From contig CATLPD010000001.1 in assembly GCA_950054485.1 (NCBI GenBank), positions 544,798-608,797 on the forward strand: a stretch of 64,000 nucleotides of DNA, read 5' to 3'. The stretch comes from an uncultured Alphaproteobacteria bacterium. Lineage in GTDB: Bacteria > Pseudomonadota > Alphaproteobacteria > Micavibrionales > CSBR16-224. The notes beneath the pieces are model-generated. The model did not search any database. It worked only from the letters and a program-made list of their open reading frames with translations, and was not told the origin of the DNA. The translations under genes were made by a program, and so were the position numbers. This document shows positions 55,376 to 64,000 of the stretch, one piece after another; positions within the stretch are counted from its first letter, which is position 1, and the number at the start of each line of letters is the position of its first letter.

Positions 55376-56260
55376 ATGTCACAATTTGACCCCGTGATCG
55401 GGGCGGATAAAAGCGGTCTTGCCTACAGGCAGGATGACAATAATGGCAAGAAAGCCTTGCTGACACACCATAAGGGCGCCAGCGCCCCCAGTTATGCCGA
55501 AGCCGGAACATTCTGGATTGATGACAGCGCCAGCCCATGGGTTTTAAAAACCTATGATGATACAGATTGGATTGGTATCGGCACGATTGATGCGACAAGT
55601 AATTTGTTCACGCCTTATTGGAATGGTGGTGCTTTGGTTGCGGCATCCCTGAGTGCAAAGGGACTTGTAGAGCGGGCGACAGACGCCGAGGCCGCGTTGG
55701 CAGCAGATACCGAGCGCTATGTGACGCCGGCACAGCTTGGAATTTATGGCGGCGCAATCAAACTGATCAGCGCACAGACAGCCAGCGACGACAGTTCAAT
55801 TGAGTTCACGGACTTGGGATCTTATCACAGTTTGATCTATGTCTGCGATTACGCAACTGTCAGTACCGATGGGCAGGCGATAATTTTGAGAACCAGCAGT
55901 GATGGCGGTTCAACATGGGATTCCGGCGCGAGTGATTATGCGCGGACCAACGTTCGATATGCGCCAGGTGGGTCCGTAACAGCCGCCGGTGGGACTTTAA
56001 CACACATTATCGTAACTTCAGGTAATGGAATTGGGAATGCCGTAAACGAGTTTGCTGCATTTGAGGGACGCATCATGAATGTTGCCAGCAGTGTGTTCAC
56101 CGCGGTTTTAGGGCAAAGCGTTCAAAGGGTTGATTCAGGAAATAATGTATGGGGCAATACGTCAGGGTATAGAATTTCTGCCGCCGCTATAAACGGCCTT
56201 CAATTCTCTGTAGCTTCGGGAACGTTTTCAGGAACAATAAAATTATATGGAGTGAAATAA
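55376..56260 (+). CDS. Tail fibre-like protein
   Basis: ATG at 55376 follows aaggaga. It is Gly/Ser/Ala/Thr-rich with beta-type composition, sits after the J-like gene, and contains ERYVTPAQL. Confidence 0.55.
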   Translation: MSQFDPVIGADKSGLAYRQDDNNGKKALLTHHKGASAPSYAEAGTFWIDDSASPWVLKTYDDTDWIGIGTIDATSNLFTPYWNGGALVAASLSAKGLVERATDAEAALAADTERYVTPAQLGIYGGAIKLISAQTASDDSSIEFTDLGSYHSLIYVCDYATVSTDGQAIILRTSSDGGSTWDSGASDYARTNVRYAPGGSVTAAGGTLTHIIVTSGNGIGNAVNEFAAFEGRIMNVASSVFTAVLGQSVQRVDSGNNVWGNTSGYRISAAAINGLQFSVASGTFSGTIKLYGVK

Positions 56261-56553
56261 TGAAAATTTTACATGATGGAACAGAGGTGTCGAATGAGAC
56301 ACTAACAAAAATGGTGAACGGCCAAAGGCATCTTTTAACGCAAAGCGAGATAGACACAAGGTCGGCTGAAGAACAGGTGACATTAGAGCAAAAACCAATG
56401 CAGGATTGGCTGGATAAAATGTGGGAAAGTGATCAGGAAATGACGCGGGTAGAAGAAGATATCATTGAGCAGATTGGTATCGAAAATTTTCCACAGGCCG
56501 TGCAGGATAAATATAACGAAAAAATAACCTTGCGCGGGCAGAAACCATCATAA
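56260..56553 (+). CDS. Hypothetical phage-region protein (97 aa)
   Basis: Start overlaps the upstream stop (TAATG). Acidic helical composition. Confidence 0.45.
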   Translation: MKILHDGTEVSNETLTKMVNGQRHLLTQSEIDTRSAEEQVTLEQKPMQDWLDKMWESDQEMTRVEEDIIEQIGIENFPQAVQDKYNEKITLRGQKPS

Positions 56554-56560
56554 AGGTGCC

Positions 56561-56935
56561 ATGATGGTTTTTACAAAACGACCGCTGAGAATCCTGATCG
56601 TCGATGATGATGAGGCGGATGCCTATATGGTATCCGAGGAAATTGAAAACCATGTCGTCGTTGTCGAACATTACATGTCATGTGCCCTCAATCGTCTTAA
56701 AAAAGAGCATTTCGATCTGATCATCACAGATATCTCGCTGCCGGATTCTTTCGGTCTTAAAAATATCGACAAGCTGAAATCCTACGCCCCGGTGCTGGTC
56801 ATGTCCGGAATCGGAAATGGTAAAATGACGGCTGCGGCCAAACGCCACGGCGCATTAGGTTTTATATGCAAAAATAACCTTAAGGCGATTAACTGGTTTG
56901 TGGATTCAAAGACAGAGCCTGGCCATGCGCAATGA
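56561..56935 (+). CDS. Stand-alone response-regulator receiver (CheY-like)
   Basis: ILIVDDDEAD, DLIITDISLPD (phospho-acceptor Asp), VLVMSG and FICK are REC hallmarks. Confidence 0.8.
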   Translation: MMVFTKRPLRILIVDDDEADAYMVSEEIENHVVVVEHYMSCALNRLKKEHFDLIITDISLPDSFGLKNIDKLKSYAPVLVMSGIGNGKMTAAAKRHGALGFICKNNLKAINWFVDSKTEPGHAQ

Positions 56936-57125
56936 AGAAATGGTTCAGATTTTATACGAAGAGGCCAAACAGATCAGGCTTGAAATGGCCAAAAAAGAAG
57001 CAGAGCTGAACCATAAAATAGATCACATAAAAAGCTTTCTGTTCCGCATAACGGTTGCCGTTTTATGCGTGATGCTCAGCGTGATTGCGTGGCTTTTGAC
57101 AAATGGCCTACCTTGGAGGAATTAA
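56925..57125 (+). CDS. Small coiled-coil protein with a C-terminal TM anchor
   Basis: ATG at 56925 overlaps the REC gene by 11 nt. The TM segment is ITVAVLCVMLSVIAWLL. Confidence 0.4.
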   Translation: MRNEEMVQILYEEAKQIRLEMAKKEAELNHKIDHIKSFLFRITVAVLCVMLSVIAWLLTNGLPWRN

Positions 57126-57127
57126 TC

Positions 57128-57568
57128 ATGAATAGTCAAAAATTACCGCGCGGGATTAGAAATAATAATCCCGGCAATCTACGCTTGTCGAAAATTCGCT
57201 GGCAGGGGCAAAAGCCACTACAGTTTGATCCCGACTTTGTCGAATTTGAAAGTCCTGAAATGGGGGTGCGGGCCCTGATGAAAACGCTGCTGACCTATTA
57301 CAGGAAATACGGTCTAGATACGGTGCAAGCGATCGTCAACAGATGGGCGCCCCCACATGAGAATGCAACAGATTATTATGCTGCGCACGTGGCAAAAATT
57401 CTGGAAGTTAAGCGAGGCGATCCGCTGAATGTTCACAGTAAAAACACGATGATGAAATTGGCGAAAGCGATCACGGTGCATGAAAACGGATGGGCCCGCA
57501 GGCCTTGTCCGCGTTTCTGGTATGAAGACGGGGTTTATGAAGAAGCCTACAGATTGGCAATAAAATAA
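57128..57568 (+). CDS. Phage-type peptidoglycan hydrolase candidate (RNNNPGN-motif family)
   Basis: An SD (ggagga) precedes the start. GIRNNNPGNLR is a motif I associate with phage virion- or lysis-associated muramidase-like proteins. It sits directly upstream of the holin- and spanin-like genes. Confidence 0.45.
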   Translation: MNSQKLPRGIRNNNPGNLRLSKIRWQGQKPLQFDPDFVEFESPEMGVRALMKTLLTYYRKYGLDTVQAIVNRWAPPHENATDYYAAHVAKILEVKRGDPLNVHSKNTMMKLAKAITVHENGWARRPCPRFWYEDGVYEEAYRLAIK

Positions 57569-57579
57569 AGGAGAAAAGC

Positions 57580-57759
57580 ATGAAAAATATATTTGAGTAT
57601 ATTGTTACAAGACTAAAGGAAAGATCAACATGGCTGGGGATCATATCGCTGGTCACGGCTGCAGGTTTAACGGTGTCGCCAGACCAAACGCAGGCGATTG
57701 CAACTGCCGGTGTCGGGCTGGCGGGCGTTATTGCCGTCTTTACAAAAGATAAAACATGA
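57580..57759 (+). CDS. Holin-like small membrane protein (59 aa), below the ORF-track cutoff
   Basis: ATG at 57580 follows aaggaga. The product is MKNIFEYIVTRLKERSTWLGIISLVTAAGLTVSPDQTQAIATAGVGLAGVIAVFTKDKT, with two hydrophobic segments. Confidence 0.5.
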   Translation: MKNIFEYIVTRLKERSTWLGIISLVTAAGLTVSPDQTQAIATAGVGLAGVIAVFTKDKT

Positions 57760-57953
57760 TCTGGGTTGCATTTTTTATAATTACAGGCCTGTTGCTGATT
57801 TATATGTCCGCAAAGAAAACGGGAAATGCAGAATGTCAAAGCGAGCACCGCAATGATGAGATTGAAAGCCAGTACAAAGCGAAAACTATACGCGAGCGTT
57901 TGCGTGTTGATAACGATTTTGCAAGGCGGGTGCGTGCAAAATTCCGCCGTTGA
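57756..57953 (+). CDS. i-spanin-like protein (N-terminal TM plus charged coiled region)
   Basis: Start overlaps the upstream stop (ATGA). The product is MIWVAFFIITGLLLIYM followed by a charged helix. Confidence 0.45.
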   Translation: MIWVAFFIITGLLLIYMSAKKTGNAECQSEHRNDEIESQYKAKTIRERLRVDNDFARRVRAKFRR

Positions 57954-58089
57954 TTTTTGCATGATTTACGAGCCTGTTTATACAGATGTTAGGGACAGCG
58001 CGCATACACTTGAGCAAATTGACCGCAACAATGCTGTATGGCTGTTGTTGTGCGATGATGCAAAGTATGATAATTTTTCTTTAGGTTAA
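57826..58089 (+). CDS. o-spanin-like protein, overlapping the i-spanin-like gene out of frame
   Basis: Hydrophobic leader VCVLITILQGGC has an imperfect lipobox. It is followed by DFCMIYEPVYTDVRDSAHTLEQIDRNNAVWLLLC. The gene overlap resembles an Rz/Rz1 arrangement. Confidence 0.4.
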   Translation: MQNVKASTAMMRLKASTKRKLYASVCVLITILQGGCVQNSAVDFCMIYEPVYTDVRDSAHTLEQIDRNNAVWLLLCDDAKYDNFSLG

Positions 58090-58110
58090 ATTTACAAGAG
58101 AAAATATATC

Positions 58111-58329
58111 ATGAATCCCACTGAAACAGCCCGTTTGCAAAATTATCTGAGATTGAAATTCGGTACTGACCGTATTCGCGTCAAACCGCGTAAAGAAGCG
58201 GATGATTCCGTTGAGGTCCTTTTAGGTGAAGAATTTATCGGTCTGATATACAAAGATCAGGACGAAGGTGAAACATCCTATGATTTCAATATGGCTATTT
58301 TGGAAATGGATCTGGCTGCTGCCGGATAA
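58111..58329 (+). CDS. DUF3126-family small protein (conserved in alphaproteobacteria)
   Basis: LQNYLRLKFGTDRIRVKPRKEADDSVEVLLGEEFIGLIYKDQDEGETSY matches the DUF3126 pattern. Confidence 0.7.
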   Translation: MNPTETARLQNYLRLKFGTDRIRVKPRKEADDSVEVLLGEEFIGLIYKDQDEGETSYDFNMAILEMDLAAAG

Positions 58330-58344
58330 TAGAAAGCCACACAG

Positions 58345-59490
58345 ATGAATGACGTCTCCAAATATATCATTGTTGGTGCAGGCATTCTGTTTATCTTTAT
58401 TACGATTTTTAATGTGTATAAGGTCATAAACAGCTTTTCACAAACGGTTGCTTTTAAAATCGCGGGTGATCCGGGTAAAATCGGTGTTTTTGACCCGACA
58501 ATCGAGTTTGCTGCGGATGATAAAACCGGGTATATGGCCTATGCCTCTATTAAAGCATCCGAGACGAATGGGCTTCCCCTTATCAGTGTGAACCTTGCTG
58601 CCAGTAATGATGGTGGGGAGGACTGGATTTACCGCAAGTCGGTTTTTGAAGGAAAAACCGGAAGCATGACACAGCGCATTGATGGACGGCTGGTGGAAGC
58701 AGATGGTAACTGGCGTTACGAGATGCCGACGCTGGTCTATACGCCTGGCGATCAGGGGCGCGAATGGAAATTATATGTTTACAGATATTTCTGGAATGGT
58801 GATTTAAATCTGGCGCGGCAAACGGGTACGATTTCGTATAAATATGCATCAGACCCAACGGGCGAATGGTCGGAAGAAAAATGGCTTTTTTCTGCAAACC
58901 AGAACAACCCCCCATCGCCTTATAATCGCCTGGTATTATTACATGTTAATGTCCTTAGCCCGCAGAACCTTCAAAACGTAATCGCTTATTCAGACCCGGG
59001 GGCTTTCTATAAAGATGGTACCCTTTATATAACATTGTCGGCCTATACGAATGATCTGATTCGTCCCGAAAGAGTTATAATGATTTCGTCTAACGATTAT
59101 GGCGCCAGTTGGAAATATGTCGGCAGTGTATTCAGTCGTTACGATCTGGCGGGATTGGGCGATTTTACAACTTTTTCAGGTGGTCAGATATTTGAAAAAG
59201 CAGGTCAGCCGTATTTGGCAATGTCACTGGGCGACGATATTTATAACGGATATGAAACCCGTATATTTGCCTTTGCAGATCTTAAGAACGGTGTTTTGGC
59301 GCGAAACGGTAAAGGAATCCCTATGGGGCAAGGTGGTATAGAGCTGAGCACTGAAAATCTTTCGCGTTTAGGTGGCGGCCCAGCTGATTACGATGAAAAG
59401 GCCAAAGTCGGGCTGTTGATTTCGCGTATGACGACCAGTCAGGAACGCGCGTTTCAAATAGGGAATTACGGCCACGATTTCTTGGATTAG
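58345..59490 (+). CDS. Membrane-anchored BNR/Asp-box (sialidase-like beta-propeller) protein
   Basis: N-terminal TM segment. Two Asp-boxes, SNDGGEDW and SNDYGASW, fit SxDxGxxW. Confidence 0.6.
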   Translation: MNDVSKYIIVGAGILFIFITIFNVYKVINSFSQTVAFKIAGDPGKIGVFDPTIEFAADDKTGYMAYASIKASETNGLPLISVNLAASNDGGEDWIYRKSVFEGKTGSMTQRIDGRLVEADGNWRYEMPTLVYTPGDQGREWKLYVYRYFWNGDLNLARQTGTISYKYASDPTGEWSEEKWLFSANQNNPPSPYNRLVLLHVNVLSPQNLQNVIAYSDPGAFYKDGTLYITLSAYTNDLIRPERVIMISSNDYGASWKYVGSVFSRYDLAGLGDFTTFSGGQIFEKAGQPYLAMSLGDDIYNGYETRIFAFADLKNGVLARNGKGIPMGQGGIELSTENLSRLGGGPADYDEKAKVGLLISRMTTSQERAFQIGNYGHDFLD

Positions 59491-59683
59491 AGATTTTATA
59501 ATCTGTTTTATCGGCATCGAATATCAGCTCGTGCATTAATCATATATTTCGCTTTATTTTCTTTGCTAAAATACAGGCTAATATCTTTACTCTCTATCCT
59601 TCTTTTTCTAGAATAAATATATTCAAAAAAAGTCGAAAAACGGGTCAAATTAATTATTTGGACAATCATCGGGGGCATCTATC

Positions 59684-60310
59684 ATGGCATCACTCTATTT
59701 TAAATATGCGGCAATGAATTCGGGGAAATCAACACAGCTTTTGCAGGCGCATTATAATTATCTGGAACGCGGGATGAATGCATTGGCTCTGACAGCACAA
59801 TTGGATGATCGCTATGGCGTAGGTAAAATTACAGCACGCATCGGCATTGATATGCCAGCATCATTGTACGCGCCGGATACAGATATTTTTGAGCTGGTAA
59901 AATCAAAACATGAAGATGCCCCCGTGCATGCCGTGCTGATTGACGAGGCGCAGTTTTTGTCACGATCACAGGTCGAGCAAGCCGCCCGTATTGTTGACGA
60001 TCTCAAAATTCCGGTCATGGCCTATGGTCTGAAAACCGATTTTATGGGGCAATTGTTTGAGGGGTCAGAGGCCCTATTGTGTCTGGCGGATAACCTTGAA
60101 GAGATCAAAACCATTTGTTGGTGCGGCAAAAAAGCAACACAAACCGCGCGTATTGATGGCAATGGAAATGTTGTGCGTCAGGGGGCCCAGATTTCAATCG
60201 GCGGGAATGATCAGTATGTATCGCTGTGCCGTAAACATTATATGCGCGGTGAATCGAAACCGATGCTGGATGCGGATGAAGTCAGCGTATTATTAGAAGC
60301 GGCCGCGTAA
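59684..60310 (+). CDS. tdk: Thymidine kinase
   Basis: P-loop is AAMNSGKST and Walker B is LIDEAQF. The C-terminal Zn motifs are CWCGKKA and LCRKHY. Confidence 0.92.
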   Translation: MASLYFKYAAMNSGKSTQLLQAHYNYLERGMNALALTAQLDDRYGVGKITARIGIDMPASLYAPDTDIFELVKSKHEDAPVHAVLIDEAQFLSRSQVEQAARIVDDLKIPVMAYGLKTDFMGQLFEGSEALLCLADNLEEIKTICWCGKKATQTARIDGNGNVVRQGAQISIGGNDQYVSLCRKHYMRGESKPMLDADEVSVLLEAAA

Positions 60311-60379
60311 AACCGATTTTTATTGACATAATATCAGATCCTTGATATCTTTCTTTTAAATTTAGAAAGAGAGATTCGC

Positions 60380-60847
60380 ATGTTTGAAAGCCTGTCTAAA
60401 AAATCAACACAGTTTTTTGCAAGACGTAAAAAATTGGATCTCACTTTGGGGAGCGCAAATGTGGGCCTTGCCGCCTTTACCGTTGCGGATTTTATGTTGA
60501 CGGGCGGTACAATCTCTGTGGGCAGTGTTCTTTTTAGCGGTGGGATCGGCGCTTGGCTTATGAGCACCTCTACATCGAATAAGTATAAAGATGGGGTCTA
60601 TAAGAACAAAACTTACAGGCTGGATCATATTCATTACAATACATTTCAAACACTGGCGAATAGAATAGAAGATAAAAGAGAACGTTTGCAAAGCGGCAGT
60701 ACTCGAAACCCTAAAAAACTGGCTAAACAACTTGCCAAGCTAGAAGAAAAAATGGAATGGATCCTTGAGGGTCGTTTGAAGTCCGATCTTATTAAAATAG
60801 GGCAAGAGGCTGCAATGCCTAAAAAGCCGCCACCTGGTAGAAATTAA
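60380..60847 (+). CDS. Hypothetical membrane-associated protein; distant paralog of 63482-64000
   Basis: Gly-rich hydrophobic segment, NPKKLAKQLAKLEE helix and a Pro/Lys tail. Confidence 0.5.
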   Translation: MFESLSKKSTQFFARRKKLDLTLGSANVGLAAFTVADFMLTGGTISVGSVLFSGGIGAWLMSTSTSNKYKDGVYKNKTYRLDHIHYNTFQTLANRIEDKRERLQSGSTRNPKKLAKQLAKLEEKMEWILEGRLKSDLIKIGQEAAMPKKPPPGRN

Positions 60848-60850
60848 TTT

Positions 60851-63394
<2,544 letters not shown>

Positions 63395-63481
63395 TTAGCG
63401 TATTTATTTTTTAATATGAAAAGACCTTGACTCCCATTGTTTATTTTCATATTATATTTTCGTATTTATTAGGAGAAAGCC

Positions 63482-64000
63482 ATGGGTTTTAAAAGAGAAA
63501 TAGCCGCCAAATTTAACCGTTTTAGTGTAAATCATCCGCGTAAAAAGGATATATTGCAGATTAATGCATCTGTCTGGGGCGCGGCGGGTATAGGTATGGT
63601 TTTAACCCCTTTTGACGGTGGGCTAACACTTTTAGCCCTTCTTATATCAGGCACGGGGACCGGCGTAGTTGCGACGATGGATAAAGATGAAATCAAAAAG
63701 CATTTGAACGCAACGGGCGCTGAAAAAGTTACTGTTGATGGTGAGGAATATGTAGTTACTGTTTCTCAGGCTCAAAAACTGGAAAAGTGTAACAAAAAAA
63801 TCGCAGAATTGAATAAACAGTATAAATCAAAATATGCGACCAGCCCGAAAAAGGCCGAGAAAATTCATAAAGAAGCCTTAAGGTTGCGCCAGATACAGGT
63901 CGATATTCTGGAATCAGATAACATCATTAAAACAAGCGAACTTGTCAAAGCGCCGGACATGGATTTGACGCTGCCAGCTAAAAACAAACCAAAACCTAAT
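63482..64000 (+). CDS. Hypothetical membrane-associated protein, 3'-truncated by the window edge
   Basis: ATG at 63482 follows aggaga. The frame stays open to position 64000 (173 codons) and is absent from the ORF track because it has no stop. It resembles 60380-60847 (SPKKAEKIHKEA..DILESDNIIK). Confidence 0.55.
   Translation, partial: MGFKREIAAKFNRFSVNHPRKKDILQINASVWGAAGIGMVLTPFDGGLTLLALLISGTGTGVVATMDKDEIKKHLNATGAEKVTVDGEEYVVTVSQAQKLEKCNKKIAELNKQYKSKYATSPKKAEKIHKEALRLRQIQVDILESDNIIKTSELVKAPDMDLTLPAKNKPKPN

Larger units (their letters stand above)
45936..58089. mobile_element. Defective, rearranged mosaic of GTA-like and lambda-like phage genes (neck, tube, tail tip, fibre, lysis genes; no terminase, portal, protease, intact capsid or tape measure)
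   Basis: See the individual CDS calls. The gene set is incomplete and out of canonical order, with foreign insertions. Confidence 0.8.

Noticed and set aside
45936-58089. Calling the region an intact prophage or a functional GTA cluster
   Set aside because: There is no terminase, portal, protease, tape measure, integrase or att repeats. The capsid gene is reduced to its last ~80 codons and the gene order is scrambled.

Overview
No rRNA genes or CRISPR arrays were found, and all homology calls come from reading the translations, not from database searches. The window looks like alphaproteobacterial chromosome, judged by a petA-petB-petC bc1 operon, DUF3126, bactofilin and GTA-type phage genes. 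The housekeeping backbone carries tadA, a pseudouridine synthase, an RND efflux pair, a CPA2 antiporter, RNase J, a Na/Pi cotransporter, trmL, hemF, tdk and gyrB. Three accessory regions interrupt it. (1) 33-7610 is an AT-rich island of about 7.5 kb in tRNA-Arg(ACG), bounded by a perfect 45-bp direct repeat. It has no integrase. It carries a candidate defence cluster (Zn-ribbon/HEPN-like, BRCT, KAP P-loop NTPase, membrane protein, PD-(D/E)xK-like, XRE), and a REC-GGDEF regulator with three paralogous fimbrial-like secreted proteins. (2) 18148-32839 is the most interesting locus. It holds a Dot/Icm (type IVB) core subset, dotD-dotC-dotB-icmT, without the rest of the machine in this window. Around it sit a DsbC-like isomerase, a lytic transglycosylase, atypical pilin-like paralogs, a TcpQ-like protein, and four tandem secreted paralogs that may be IcmX-like. 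The last paralog is fused to M23 and GH24 murein hydrolase domains and is followed by a candidate immunity gene. (3) 45936-58089 is a scrambled, defective mosaic of GTA-like and lambda-like phage genes. Its capsid is truncated and it has no terminase, portal or tape measure, yet it keeps intact tail-tip genes, inserted cargo and a lysis cassette.
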